Assembly (NCBI RefSeq): GCF_009931435.1
Contig: NZ_CP043415.1
Origin: Escherichia coli
GTDB lineage: Bacteria; Pseudomonadota; Gammaproteobacteria; Enterobacterales; Enterobacteriaceae
Length of the DNA: 64,000 nucleotides
Reading direction: 5' to 3' (one strand)
Positions within the stretch are counted from its first letter, which is position 1, and every line of letters starts with the position of its first letter. The notes under the pieces were generated by a model. It was not told where the DNA came from. It saw nothing but the letters and a program-made list of their open reading frames with translations, and did no database searches. The position numbers were made by a program, and so were the translations under genes. Below are positions 1 through 10,440 of this stretch, in pieces.

Positions 1-634
1 GGGTCTGGTATTTATGCTGGTTACCTGTTTCTGTACTGGTCTGAATTTTCGCACCTGATGTGCCCTGACGCAGGGCGGCAACATTATCCGTTGTCACCGT
101 TGCCTTAGTACGCTCTGCAATCTGCACATCCGTGATCATGGTATAGTTCACATCTTCCACCATCGCATCTGCAGCCATACCCACCAGACCGGCAGCAAGG
201 CCCACACCGAGTGTGGCACCGGCAGAATTGGAATTATATCCGGTGATACCGGCACCTAACGCTGCACCAACTGCTGCGCCTTCATAACCACGGTTCAGCC
301 ATCCCTGAGACTCCCGCAGATCCATCTTATCGGCCTTCAGCACATTCGCCTGAATCCAGTAGTAGGCTTTATCCGGAGAAGTCACCACCTGATACCCTTT
401 TGCTTTCACAGCATCAGCAATTTTGCCCTGCAGCCCACTCATGTCTTTATCAGACGTGTTTTTGATCTGCAGAAATACCGTGCGTTCGCTGGCGGGTTCA
501 AGCCAGATGGTCTCACTCATCTGAGTCTTCACCTCAAGGTTACGCTTCTTGATTGCTGTGCTCATCGCACCACACCCTGAAAGGGCCAGAGTGGAACTGA
601 CCAGTGCAACCATCATTAGTTTTTTTGTTTTCAT
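1..634 (-). CDS. traT: TraT surface-exclusion lipoprotein; start codon at 632-634, 3' end lies beyond the window start
   Basis: Reverse-complement of 1-634 translates to [32 protein letters not shown]..., the F TraT N-terminus with lipobox LSGC; follows traS as in F. Confidence 0.9.
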   Translation of the reverse strand, partial: MKTKKLMMVALVSSTLALSGCGAMSTAIKKRNLEVKTQMSETIWLEPASERTVFLQIKNTSDKDMSGLQGKIADAVKAKGYQVVTSPDKAYYWIQANVLKADKMDLRESQGWLNRGYEGAAVGAALGAGITGYNSNSAGATLGVGLAAGLVGMAADAMVEDVNYTMITDVQIAERTKATVTTDNVAALRQGTSGAKIQTSTETGNQHKYQT

Positions 635-658
635 CATATATTTACTCTCTAATATCTT

Positions 659-1180
659 TTATTTTACTCTTGATAACTTCTTGTTTTTGACGTAACTATT
701 GATTGCATCAATAACACCAACAAATTGATATCTACCGATATCTAATTGAATCAAGAACGCCATAATAACCGTCACTAAAATTGCGCCAAAACCGTATATA
801 ATCCCTCCACCTAAAAAAGACCATAAAAATATAACCCCCATATACACAATGAAATACACTTTAAGTTTTGATGATATAACCCTCATTACGGATGATGTCT
901 TTAGGAATTCTTCCGGCAGAGAGAAATATAACATTCTAATCCTTGCCACAATAAACAGAATAATAAGTCCAAGCCATCCTCCGGCTAACACAGCAGTGAG
1001 TGTTTCACTTGTCTTTTGTGTTATTAGAAATGACATTAGCAAGGGACAAAAAATCATCCACCCCATGATGATAAGCCCGGGTTTTAATCCCTGCCATAGT
1101 GACGGAATTCTAATATCTCCTGAGTCAATATGTTTCTTTAAAACTTCCAACTCACTACTGATAATTTGTTGTGTAATCAT
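659..1180 (-). CDS. traS: TraS entry-exclusion inner-membrane protein
   Basis: 173-aa hydrophobic ORF between traG and traT, the canonical traS position; assignment by synteny. Confidence 0.7.
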   Translation of the reverse strand: MITQQIISSELEVLKKHIDSGDIRIPSLWQGLKPGLIIMGWMIFCPLLMSFLITQKTSETLTAVLAGGWLGLIILFIVARIRMLYFSLPEEFLKTSSVMRVISSKLKVYFIVYMGVIFLWSFLGGGIIYGFGAILVTVIMAFLIQLDIGRYQFVGVIDAINSYVKNKKLSRVK

Positions 1181-1212
1181 GGTCTCTCCATACCCTACCC
1201 AACATGTTATGA

Positions 1213-4029
1213 TTATTTTTTATGCTGGTAACTCTTTGCTTTCTCTAAAAGCTCTTTCGGACTATCAGCACCAGGTATTCTTTCCTGAGCCAGCTTTTCT
1301 TCATTATATTTATTATTCTGAGTTAATGCTTCTGTTTTATGATGATTTTGTAGTTCAGAATACTGCCCTTTTACAATATTTTCCTCGCCTCGGATGCTGT
1401 TCTGAGTATCTCCGATATTACCTCGATATTCTGTGACCATATTATCAACCTGATGTTTTACATCATTACGGATATTACTGTCCTGCGTTCTTTGCTCAAT
1501 AATGGCCTGATGTCCCTGATGATCAGCAATAATATCCTGGCTGCCACCACCCGAAGGTACGCTCTCCATTCCTTTACCTATATCTCTACGGGATTCACGC
1601 CAGGTGTTATCAACACCAGGCTGTACCTGTTCCTGCACAAAAGACCACGCCATAGCCCGACGGCGTTCTGCAATCTCCGGCGAACTGGTATTTGTCAGAA
1701 TAGCTTCAACATCCTGCGGTGCGTTTTTCATCACATACTGTGCAAACTGTTGCGACAGATCTTCACTCATCTGCCCACTCATACTCTCAGTACGGGATGC
1801 CATTTCAGCATATTCATGGCTGCGGGTCATATTCGTCGTGTACTGGTCGTAACTCTGTTTCGCTGAATTCAGGGCTGCAGACAACTGATCCACACGGGAA
1901 TCAGCATTATTGTCAGTATGGCTGCCGGATTCACTGACTTTGCGGCTGGTAAAGTAATCGCTGGCTTCTTTAAAGTCTTGTGTAGCTCTGGCATCGATAT
2001 CATGACGAGCATCATGGCTGGCCCGTGAACCACTACTGGCTTCATGTGAGTCAAGATCACTGCCATCAATGCTTGCCTTAGCTCCGGCCTGGAGACCAAC
2101 CCCTCCACCGTTACCCAATACACTTATGCCTAAATGCCCTTTAGCATAAGCATCACCGTAAAGGCCAAGCGACGCATTTGTACTTCTCGAGGCCAGTTCT
2201 CTCGTCGCCTGCTCATTACTGATATTATGCGCCTTCGCATAGCTTTCCACTGCACTGCGCATACGGCTGGCCATCATGGAGTCCTGAGCACTCATCGTGC
2301 TGTCAGCACCACCAGTGACAGAGTCACTGCTCCCCCGGTTAGAGCCAAACTGACTGAGTGTGTTCCAGGCACTGGCAATACTGCTGCTGAAACCATGCAG
2401 GGCACTTTCGGCTCTGTTCGACGCCTCCCGGGCCATTTCCTGTTGTGCCGCTGCAATCTGACGCGTTGCATTGATACCGACCGGTAACCGGGACATCGCT
2501 CCGCTTGCATCCATCACCATATTACCGTCACGGGTCTGTGTGGCGGTTGCGCCACTGCCGGTCTGGTACATCATCTGACCAAACGACGTGGTGCTGTTGG
2601 TGCTCCAGCTGAAGCCGTTCACGTTTTCCGTCTGCATGTTGCCGTAGGAGTAATTACCGTCAACCACACTGCCTGCTGCACTGGCCGTTGGACTGATAGA
2701 TGAAGAGGCGAAGTGGCTGTACACGCTGGAAAAACCTGCGCCAAGGCCTTTTACCATCATCCATGACAACGGGGGGATCATGGCTGAAAGATACCCGGCA
2801 GTGGAGGCCAGGTCAGAGTATTTCAGCTGTATCTGAGAGAGTTCAGACAACACGACCGGCGCACCATTCTGTTTCGCATAGAATGTCATGGCACTGTTCA
2901 GAATGGCATACAACAACGGCCAGGTCTGCAGCCACATCAGGGCAAACACATACCCCTTTAATACAGACAATGTCAGCTTGTTAAAGACAGCCGCCAGTAT
3001 CAGGAGCGGGAATATACCAATGGCAATCCCCGTCAGGATAGTCTGGACCATCGGCAGGTTTCGCATAGTTACATGACCAATGGAGACATGTGCCAGACGT
3101 TGTTTCTCCATCGATGACGTGGTGGCCAGACTTACCAGGCTGGCGGTGTCACCGTTACGGGCTGCATTACTGGTGATACCCTCTTTCAGGGCATTCATGG
3201 TGACGTTCTGGCGCATAATCTGGCTGGCAGACTGACTGGAGCCGTAGAAATAACTGTAACTGTCACTGACCAGTTGTCTGAATAACAGGTCCGGGTCCGG
3301 TCTGCCGCCAAATATCTGCTGCACATAATAATGCCAGGTCTTGCCTCCCGTCTTTGTATCGAGATTCAGCCTGTCTTTCAGCGTGACCGACGCATCCTTA
3401 CAAGTTATGAAATTATTATTGTTGTCATAAACGCCCCGTAGCGGGCTGGGGCGGGAAAAAATCAGCGTGTAGGGGTCAGCGGAGGCCATCAGGTCTTCCA
3501 GCGTGTATTTATGATTCAGGTAAATATCACCCAGCACGCAGTTCTGGACGTAGTCCTGGAACAGATTGATGATTTCCGGATTCCGGGACAGGAAATCGGT
3601 GCTTTTCACAATCAGATTCGCCCCGAACAGCATCCCCGTTTTGCTGTAGGTGACGCTGTCCGGTTGCGTGAAGATCATCTCGTAACTGGCCACCATTGCA
3701 TGCCCGATACGGGTCGTCAGTGAAAGTGGCATCGCCAGACCGACCGGCACATTATCCACCCGGTGAACTTTGACCAGGTCACTGTTATCAATAATCTGCA
3801 CCGATGTGCGGACATTAACCAGCAGGCTGATAAGCACAAACACGGCCACCCAGCCCAGCAAATCCATCACGTTGTGCCGCTGTACCCACATTACGGCCAC
3901 CGCGAGAACAGACAATGTGAGCGCAATTTTTTCAATGGAATCCCACGTCCAGGTTCCCATAAAGGCGGCAATGGCGTTCAGGTTATTCCGCAACCACTCA
4001 CCACCGGCAATCACATAAACTTCATTCAC
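1213..4029 (-). CDS. traG: TraG mating-pair stabilisation / entry-exclusion protein
   Basis: 938-aa ORF, same length as F TraG, membrane N-terminal half, located between traH and traS. Confidence 0.9.
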   Translation of the reverse strand: MNEVYVIAGGEWLRNNLNAIAAFMGTWTWDSIEKIALTLSVLAVAVMWVQRHNVMDLLGWVAVFVLISLLVNVRTSVQIIDNSDLVKVHRVDNVPVGLAMPLSLTTRIGHAMVASYEMIFTQPDSVTYSKTGMLFGANLIVKSTDFLSRNPEIINLFQDYVQNCVLGDIYLNHKYTLEDLMASADPYTLIFSRPSPLRGVYDNNNNFITCKDASVTLKDRLNLDTKTGGKTWHYYVQQIFGGRPDPDLLFRQLVSDSYSYFYGSSQSASQIMRQNVTMNALKEGITSNAARNGDTASLVSLATTSSMEKQRLAHVSIGHVTMRNLPMVQTILTGIAIGIFPLLILAAVFNKLTLSVLKGYVFALMWLQTWPLLYAILNSAMTFYAKQNGAPVVLSELSQIQLKYSDLASTAGYLSAMIPPLSWMMVKGLGAGFSSVYSHFASSSISPTASAAGSVVDGNYSYGNMQTENVNGFSWSTNSTTSFGQMMYQTGSGATATQTRDGNMVMDASGAMSRLPVGINATRQIAAAQQEMAREASNRAESALHGFSSSIASAWNTLSQFGSNRGSSDSVTGGADSTMSAQDSMMASRMRSAVESYAKAHNISNEQATRELASRSTNASLGLYGDAYAKGHLGISVLGNGGGVGLQAGAKASIDGSDLDSHEASSGSRASHDARHDIDARATQDFKEASDYFTSRKVSESGSHTDNNADSRVDQLSAALNSAKQSYDQYTTNMTRSHEYAEMASRTESMSGQMSEDLSQQFAQYVMKNAPQDVEAILTNTSSPEIAERRRAMAWSFVQEQVQPGVDNTWRESRRDIGKGMESVPSGGGSQDIIADHQGHQAIIEQRTQDSNIRNDVKHQVDNMVTEYRGNIGDTQNSIRGEENIVKGQYSELQNHHKTEALTQNNKYNEEKLAQERIPGADSPKELLEKAKSYQHKK

Positions 4030-5399
4030 AGCGTGCTCCCTCCGAAGTGATAGTTGTTCTGGTAACGACTGAGCATGCGGGCGGAAAGCTGCTGACGCAT
4101 GTAGCTCATCTGACGATCGACAACCAGCAGCGCATCCTGCTGTACCTGCACCTGTGACTGAAACGCCGCAATCTGCCGGGTGGCATCATTCATGTTGTCG
4201 TTAATATGCCCGATAACCGCTTCGTCATAATTTCCCGTGGCCACCATCGCCCGGGCCTGCTGTATCAGCTCCTGAATGTACTGCAGCAGGATGTCGTAAC
4301 CGATATAGTCCGTCAGCTGGTAAATCATACTGTTGGAAACACCGAGCATCTGCGGGTCAACCAGGTATTTGAAGACGGGGATGGTGGTACTGGAAATAAA
4401 GCCTTTTTCCTTGTCATCCAGAGGCGTGTCACTGACAGCCTTGTTCTGAATGCTGGCCAGAAGTTTAGTAATCTGAGACTTCAGTGCATTATCCCGGCTG
4501 ATGGTCACCGGTGTGTCTGCCACCACTTTCAGGCATTTATCAGAATCGTTGCAGTGATAAATTTTTGCTGTGCCGCCTTCCATCATGGCCCGGATAATTG
4601 AGCGGTCAGTGGTTCTGGCTGACAGCGGTGTGATTTCGCCGTTGGGACCAAACACCAGTGAGCCGGTCAGCGTCATCACAAACTCTTTCAGCTCTTTGTT
4701 GCCGTCAAACATTCTGTTTTTGGAAAGCGCATTCCACATGATGTTAATGTTTTTGGTCACCCGCTCCTTATCCTTGTCGCTGGCTTTATCCCTGACGCTG
4801 TCAGATTTACCGCCAACGGTACATCCCTGCCGGGAAGCCGCCCAGTCAGCAAAAATATTGCTCTCACCGGCAATGTCCTGACAGACTTTTTGCTGGGACA
4901 CCTGCGTCCGGGGGAAAAGCCCGCCGATAATCCCCTGCGCCGCCTGGCAGGAACTGAGGTTCATGCTGTTAATGTCGCTTGCCATTTTCTGCAGGAAGTC
5001 TTTTGCGGTTTTGATTTCCGGCACCGTTGTCTGCAGGGCAAGGTCAAAAAAGTAACCGGCAGCATTACTCATAATCTGCTTAACAAAACGCTGCAGCTGC
5101 TCACCATTAATAAAACTGAACGAACCGAGATAAGCGTCGATGCCGCCACATCCGGCATTGATATCCGGCAGCGTCATGGAAATCAGCTGAACATTTTTGA
5201 CCTGAGTACGGGCATACAGGGAGCCGCCGTAAGCATAGCCGGCAGCCTGCCCCTGCCAGACGCCCGGCTGTGTGGTATTGGAGGCGAAGCCCAGCTTGTT
5301 AAAGAACTGATTCATGTCGCTGTTCACATCCGCTGACGCTGCAGGCGTCACCGTCAGTAAGGCGGCACAAAGAATAAAAAGAGGCTTAATGCGAAGCAT
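4026..5399 (-). CDS. traH: TraH pilus assembly protein
   Basis: 457-aa ORF with signal peptide (MLRIKPLFILCAALLTVTPAASA); length and position match F TraH. Confidence 0.9.
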   Translation of the reverse strand: MLRIKPLFILCAALLTVTPAASADVNSDMNQFFNKLGFASNTTQPGVWQGQAAGYAYGGSLYARTQVKNVQLISMTLPDINAGCGGIDAYLGSFSFINGEQLQRFVKQIMSNAAGYFFDLALQTTVPEIKTAKDFLQKMASDINSMNLSSCQAAQGIIGGLFPRTQVSQQKVCQDIAGESNIFADWAASRQGCTVGGKSDSVRDKASDKDKERVTKNINIMWNALSKNRMFDGNKELKEFVMTLTGSLVFGPNGEITPLSARTTDRSIIRAMMEGGTAKIYHCNDSDKCLKVVADTPVTISRDNALKSQITKLLASIQNKAVSDTPLDDKEKGFISSTTIPVFKYLVDPQMLGVSNSMIYQLTDYIGYDILLQYIQELIQQARAMVATGNYDEAVIGHINDNMNDATRQIAAFQSQVQVQQDALLVVDRQMSYMRQQLSARMLSRYQNNYHFGGSTL

Positions 5400-5811
5400 T
5401 ATTGCTGCCCTCCCTTAATGTGTTCTCCCGGCGCATACGGCGTTTCAACAGGAATATCCCGATATTTCCGTATATTAATTCGTACATTGGGAACAGAAAA
5501 AATGTAACAAGAAACCCGACTGCAAGCGCATATAACGCATACGGAATGACATATATCAGGATATTCCACATATAAATCGAATTATTTAATTCTTGGTCCA
5601 TTTTCCACGAATCAATACAGGCATCAAAAATAATATTCATAGCTGTCCATAAAACAATTCCGGCAGTCAGAAATACCAGAGGCAATCCAGCATACCTGTC
5701 AGTAATTCTGGAAATGTATTTATAATCTCGTTCTGTACTTCTGATTTTGAGTTCAGGATTATTTTTATTTTCTCTCATTATAAGTTCCCTCTGATATTTC
5801 CGATAATTCAT
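5386..5811 (-). CDS. trbF: TrbF membrane protein
   Basis: Small hydrophobic ORF immediately upstream of traH; synteny with F trbF. Start codon uncertain. Confidence 0.65.
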   Translation of the reverse strand: MNYRKYQRELIMRENKNNPELKIRSTERDYKYISRITDRYAGLPLVFLTAGIVLWTAMNIIFDACIDSWKMDQELNNSIYMWNILIYVIPYALYALAVGFLVTFFLFPMYELIYGNIGIFLLKRRMRRENTLREGSNNASH

Positions 5812-6139
5812 TCAGACCAGTCCTGCGGCTGTAATATATTTCAGACACCGAAATCCATCCCACAATTGCCCCCACAAAAAACACAACAGAAACAGAAAAG
5901 GTAAGGCACAGCGAAACGACAATTTCTACAGGGCTGGCGGGATAAAAAAGCCCCTGATGGATAAAGGGGATATTCAGGCTGACGATTATTCCCGTCGCGA
6001 TGCCGGATATTCCGGCAATGAGTAACACCACCTGCTTATTTCGCACCTTTTTTCCCTCCGTACATCTGCAGAACGGTATCCATCCGCGCCATAAAACCGG
6101 CGGCATCCGTTGCCCCCTGTAAAAGCGGTAATGCCTCAA
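5765..6139 (-). CDS. trbJ: TrbJ small membrane protein (start probably internal)
   Basis: Hydrophobic ORF between trbB and trbF; synteny with F trbJ. Confidence 0.6.
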   Translation of the reverse strand: MRHYRFYRGQRMPPVLWRGWIPFCRCTEGKKVRNKQVVLLIAGISGIATGIIVSLNIPFIHQGLFYPASPVEIVVSLCLTFSVSVVFFVGAIVGWISVSEIYYSRRTGLNELSEISEGTYNERK

Positions 6140-6581
6140 GCGTGTTGACGTTGACCAGGAAGGTGGTCGGTGTGGCCACCGGAATATTCGGGAAGAAGGT
6201 CTGCATCACGTCCGGTGGCACCGGTAATGCTTCCGGAAAGGCGGTATCCCCCTGACCATCCAGGGTGTAGGGAAAAACGGAAAAGCCGTACTGCTGTGCC
6301 AGCTGCTTCAGTACCGGGTCAAACTGGTGACAGTAAGGGCAATGCCCCTGCATAAACAGCACCACCTTCCAGTCGGCCAGGTTAACCTGCCTGCCATTAC
6401 TGAGGCGGAACCAGCGGGGAGCCGGCTTTGCTGTCCTGGCTGACGTGCCTGCTGCCGGTTGTGCAGGCTGCGTAGCCATACCCTGCGGATTCCAGAGTCG
6501 CTCTATTTCATCCCGGGTGGAGGCCTGCACAGCAGCGGCGCTCAGCAACAGGGTGAACAGCAGTGATTTAGTGAGAGACAT
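6036..6581 (-). CDS. trbB: TrbB periplasmic thioredoxin-like disulfide isomerase
   Basis: 181 aa with signal peptide and a CPYC active-site motif; canonical position after traQ. Confidence 0.85.
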   Translation of the reverse strand: MSLTKSLLFTLLLSAAAVQASTRDEIERLWNPQGMATQPAQPAAGTSARTAKPAPRWFRLSNGRQVNLADWKVVLFMQGHCPYCHQFDPVLKQLAQQYGFSVFPYTLDGQGDTAFPEALPVPPDVMQTFFPNIPVATPTTFLVNVNTLEALPLLQGATDAAGFMARMDTVLQMYGGKKGAK

Positions 6582-6852
6582 GTCCGCCCTCCTGCTGCCC
6601 TTCCATCATGGCCTGTTGCCTGGCTTCCAGTGCCTCACGCTCTTCCCGGCTGACACGGGCAATCCATGCATCCAGCACCTGGTATGCGCCGAACAGTACG
6701 AGAATGGCCGCAATCAGCTCCGCCAGAAAAAAAGCCATCCAGGGTTTGCTGTAAACAAGACGGGCGACGATATGAAACCAGACACCCAGGGAAAATACCC
6801 ACATTCCCGTAATATCAAGCCGGGGTAAAGAGAATCTGCGTTTACTTATCAT
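6568..6852 (-). CDS. traQ: TraQ pilin chaperone
   Basis: 94 aa, same length as F TraQ; membrane protein at the conserved position. Confidence 0.85.
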   Translation of the reverse strand: MISKRRFSLPRLDITGMWVFSLGVWFHIVARLVYSKPWMAFFLAELIAAILVLFGAYQVLDAWIARVSREEREALEARQQAMMEGQQEGGHVSH

Positions 6853-6932
6853 GTTAAACTCCGGTTATTATTTACATGAGAGTATTCATGTCTGTAATAT
6901 TCGCGTTTGTGTGATATTAATCAGAGGTACAA

Positions 6933-7247
6933 ATGGAAAAGCGATCTTTTAAAGAAAAACTGGAAATAATCAGAAACATAATAAGAGAGTCGTTACTGGG
7001 AAATGCGGCAATTATTGCGCTGATATATGCAGCATCACATTCATTACCGGTCAATGCCTTCCCTGACTATCTTGTAATAAGTTTATTAAGTATCGCAGCA
7101 GTCATCGTTGTATTATGGTTATTTTCAATTATCTATATTTATTTTTGTGAGCTATTCAGAAGCCACTGGATTGCGGTATGGTTTATCATATGGTCTTCAG
7201 TAATCAACCTCATTATTTTGTATGGTTTTTATGACCATTTTATATGA
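6933..7247 (+). CDS. artA: ArtA, anti-sense-oriented small membrane protein of the tra region
   Basis: 104-aa hydrophobic ORF on the opposite strand between traQ and trbA, exactly as artA in F. Confidence 0.65.
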   Translation: MEKRSFKEKLEIIRNIIRESLLGNAAIIALIYAASHSLPVNAFPDYLVISLLSIAAVIVVLWLFSIIYIYFCELFRSHWIAVWFIIWSSVINLIILYGFYDHFI

Positions 7248-7248
7248 C

Positions 7249-7596
7249 TTAGCCTGTCATAAGCCCCCTTATAAAAAACCACATCACTCCGGACCATACC
7301 GATGACAACACAATACAGATAAATATTCTTCTGAACCTGTCGAAGCTCGTAACGTCCGGTAATGCGGCCGCAACTATTGAAACAACCAGTGCTGCGCCCT
7401 GACTCATAATTGCACCACACAGAAACCAGAGACTGGCGGTAAGCACATATAAACACGCGATATTAATAACAAGGAAAACCAGTGAGCTCAGGAGAAACAT
7501 TTTCCTGTCATTACGCTCAGAAAAGAAATAACCGGCAATAATGACAAACATTAACAGAACAACACCTGTAAACATTTTCAAATAATCTTCACTCAT
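7249..7596 (-). CDS. trbA: TrbA membrane protein
   Basis: 115 aa, hydrophobic, located between traF and artA as in F. Confidence 0.7.
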   Translation of the reverse strand: MSEDYLKMFTGVVLLMFVIIAGYFFSERNDRKMFLLSSLVFLVINIACLYVLTASLWFLCGAIMSQGAALVVSIVAAALPDVTSFDRFRRIFICIVLSSVWSGVMWFFIRGLMTG

Positions 7597-7611
7597 AAAT
7601 CAAATCCGCGA

Positions 7612-8355
7612 TTAAAAATTGGGTTTAAAATCTTCAGAAACGTTCAGGAACTGTTTTGCCAGGTCGTCCTGCGAAATAAAGCCGTATGATAACGGGCGAA
7701 CACTGCCCTGTTTCGGGTCAACCAGCATCATGGCCGGGAAATATTTCACGCCGAGGCGCTGCGCCTGCCCCTGGTCAGTCCGGGAATCCGGCAACAGCGG
7801 ATTAATCACGCCATCCACGGAAACGGGAATAACACTCAGACCATACGTATCCCGGAAGCCATTAATGACCTGCGCCAGTTGCCCGTCGATGGGGTCCTGC
7901 CCCCGGTAAAAAAACATGATGCCGTAGTGTTCAGCCAGTTTCGCAATGGCCTGTCGCTGCTGCGCCTGGTCTGCTGCCAGCTGGTTCCGTACCGTGCCGT
8001 TGTAATGGCTGTACTGCAGGTTATAGTCCAGTTCAGGATGTGCCAGCATGGCCTTTCTGGCGCTCATGGTGAAAAGCCCGGCCTGCTGAGTCCAGTAATT
8101 TTGCAGCCGGAAATATTTCACAAAATTATCCACGCCGGGATACAGAATGGCTTCGTACAGCGCCCGCTTTGTTGCCGTCTGCAGTGCGGCCAGTTTCTGC
8201 ATAATATCCGGTTCCTGACGGGGGGCTGCAGGTACAGGTTTATTTTCTTTTTCCTTCGGATTTATTTTCTCGTTATACCACTGCCAGCCTGCATCTTTTC
8301 CTGACGCCGGAAAGATAAAGCAGCAGAGTAACAGTGGCAGTAATGCTTTATTCAT
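7612..8355 (-). CDS. traF: TraF periplasmic thioredoxin-fold pilus assembly protein
   Basis: ORF extends to 8385; start set at MNKALLPLLLCCFIFPASG, giving 247 aa as in F TraF. Confidence 0.85.
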   Translation of the reverse strand: MNKALLPLLLCCFIFPASGKDAGWQWYNEKINPKEKENKPVPAAPRQEPDIMQKLAALQTATKRALYEAILYPGVDNFVKYFRLQNYWTQQAGLFTMSARKAMLAHPELDYNLQYSHYNGTVRNQLAADQAQQRQAIAKLAEHYGIMFFYRGQDPIDGQLAQVINGFRDTYGLSVIPVSVDGVINPLLPDSRTDQGQAQRLGVKYFPAMMLVDPKQGSVRPLSYGFISQDDLAKQFLNVSEDFKPNF

Positions 8356-8608
8356 CTTCATTCCTTTCATCACTTTTTCTTTCATCAGGTTTCTGCAGGT
8401 CAGTCAGGGCAGAAAAACAAAAATACAGAATAAACAGGAGCACACCGGAGTAAAGGATAACGAAAGCAGCGGCAAGCATCCCGTCTGCCGTGGTTTCTTT
8501 TACCGTATCCCACGACCAGATAATTACCGGAGAAATGACAATCGCTGTAATCAAAAGCCGGATAAGAAAATCAATAAAACGGTTCGACGTGAATATGACT
8601 TTCATCAT
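8348..8608 (-). CDS. trbE: TrbE small membrane protein
   Basis: 86 aa, same length as F TrbE; lies between traN and traF. Confidence 0.8.
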   Translation of the reverse strand: MMKVIFTSNRFIDFLIRLLITAIVISPVIIWSWDTVKETTADGMLAAAFVILYSGVLLFILYFCFSALTDLQKPDERKSDERNEDE

Positions 8609-8631
8609 TTCCCCCGGTTATTTCCCATACC

Positions 8632-10440
8632 TTACTGTCCTGCCTGTTTCAGCTGGTCAGCAATCTGCTCTTTCACTTTCTGCGTCAGAACGCCACTGTC
8701 CGGGATTTTCTGGTTATTCATCAGGTCTTCGTAGAAGTTAGTGAAATCCAGTCTGTTGAACTGAATTTTCTGCAGCTCATCAACCGTAATCCCCCGACAG
8801 TCAGGATGCTTCGCACTACCAAAACTGATACGCAACTGACCGTTGCGCCCCTGCTGCTGGACTATCTGCGCCAGCTTCGAATCAAACTGACAGTAGCTGC
8901 GTTTTTTCTCCAGACAGACACCCAGCACTTTCTTCGAACAGAACTCCCCGACGCTGACGGTCAGTTTGTTTGATTTTGCTTTAGCCAGGGCCTTTTCATC
9001 ACTGCTGCATTTGGCCAGCCCGATATCCTGTCCCCAGCCGCTGTCCTTACAGCAGTTGCTGTATCCGGCTGCAGCCTTCTTACAAAATTTCGCCTGACCG
9101 GTGAAAGCACGGACATCCACCCCGTTCAGCGCCGCAACATCCTTACCTGCTGCGGCCAGTGCCGCCAGCTGAGAAACGGCTTCGGCAAAATCATTACTCT
9201 GCCCGCTCTGAGCCTTATCGCATTCGCCATCGAGACAGAAGACGTCTCCCCCACAGACCATCACTTTCCCGGATGTTTTTGACTCACAGGAGTACGTGGC
9301 ATATTCATGCAGACAGGCACCTTCTTCGGAGTAAAAGGCACACTGGTGTGACACCAGGGTACAGGCAGGATTGTCGGTGTAGGTCTGACAGGTTCCCTTG
9401 TCTGCTGACTGCGTGACATACGTGTCCCGGTATGCCCAGCAGCTCTGGTACATGCTGTATGACTGACCGTCTTTCACCAGCGTCCTGTTCCCGCCAGCCT
9501 CCGTACATTCTGTTTTTGTCAGTTTCCCCAGCTCCTTGCTGAACGGGCAGCTTTCAGACCAGACAACATACGGGGTGTACGAGGCTTTTTTTACCCTGAC
9601 AACCAGACGCAGCTTCATTGCCGTATGACGTTTGAATTTTGTATTCCCGACCCGGACGGGGTGAGATGACGTAAAAGCCACACCGGCAGTCAGTGTTTTC
9701 TGTACTGGTGTAAATGAGGCATCTGCTGAGTATTTGGCATTCCAGCTCAGTGGGGTTCCCAGTACTGTAATTGTCATAGGTACACTCTTCTGCAGGTAAG
9801 TACGACTCCAGCTGTAATGCGCATCGACAATTTCACCGGTAACGGGAGAGGTAATGGAGACAACATACTGACCATTCACTTCACGTGCAGGTAGCTGACT
9901 CATTTCATACTCCAGCGTCCGGGTTTCCCATGTGGTACTCCCCTGCAGCTCCATACGGGCAGTTCGTGTGCAGTACTGCTCCACCTGTAAATCCCGCTCA
10001 CAGGTGTAATTCGTGTATTCACTCCTGCTAATCTCCTGCGCACTGCACTGCTGCCCGGTGTTTCCCACAATGCTGTCAGCCCGGTTCACCACATCCCTGC
10101 CGGTCTGGATAAACGGTGCATCCGGTGAAAGAATGTCTTTCGGCTTGTTCATGAATGACTCTGTAATGGTTTTTCCGGTTTCACCGGTCGCCCATTCCGT
10201 GGTGCCGTCATTTTTCAGGCCGCCATCCCCGCCGGCAGTCACGCCACCGTAATATTTTGTCTCGTCCGGATTCGCGTTATAGCCGGGGATACTCTCCTGT
10301 GGCTTAAAGCCCTGAATACTGCTGCTTCCCTGCCCTTTGATCTGGTGAGCAAAATCAGAACCGGCCCGGTAATCACTGTTGCTGTCAGCCTGTGCCATGC
10401 CGGCAACCAGAGCCAGTATCAGAGGTAAAATACGTTTCAT
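8632..10440 (-). CDS. traN: TraN outer-membrane mating-pair stabilisation protein
   Basis: 602 aa, cysteine-rich C-terminal half, signal peptide; position matches F traN. Confidence 0.9.
   Translation of the reverse strand: MKRILPLILALVAGMAQADSNSDYRAGSDFAHQIKGQGSSSIQGFKPQESIPGYNANPDETKYYGGVTAGGDGGLKNDGTTEWATGETGKTITESFMNKPKDILSPDAPFIQTGRDVVNRADSIVGNTGQQCSAQEISRSEYTNYTCERDLQVEQYCTRTARMELQGSTTWETRTLEYEMSQLPAREVNGQYVVSITSPVTGEIVDAHYSWSRTYLQKSVPMTITVLGTPLSWNAKYSADASFTPVQKTLTAGVAFTSSHPVRVGNTKFKRHTAMKLRLVVRVKKASYTPYVVWSESCPFSKELGKLTKTECTEAGGNRTLVKDGQSYSMYQSCWAYRDTYVTQSADKGTCQTYTDNPACTLVSHQCAFYSEEGACLHEYATYSCESKTSGKVMVCGGDVFCLDGECDKAQSGQSNDFAEAVSQLAALAAAGKDVAALNGVDVRAFTGQAKFCKKAAAGYSNCCKDSGWGQDIGLAKCSSDEKALAKAKSNKLTVSVGEFCSKKVLGVCLEKKRSYCQFDSKLAQIVQQQGRNGQLRISFGSAKHPDCRGITVDELQKIQFNRLDFTNFYEDLMNNQKIPDSGVLTQKVKEQIADQLKQAGQ

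Noticed and set aside
849-1436. 195-aa plus-strand ORF overlapping traS/traG, and many similar ORFs antisense to tra, leading-region and iuc genes (for example 11045-11785, 30612-31346, 38081-38746, 52321-52965, 58030-58707)
   Set aside because: They lie entirely antisense to well-supported genes, have low-complexity or Arg/Cys-rich composition and no recognisable motifs; treated as frame artefacts.
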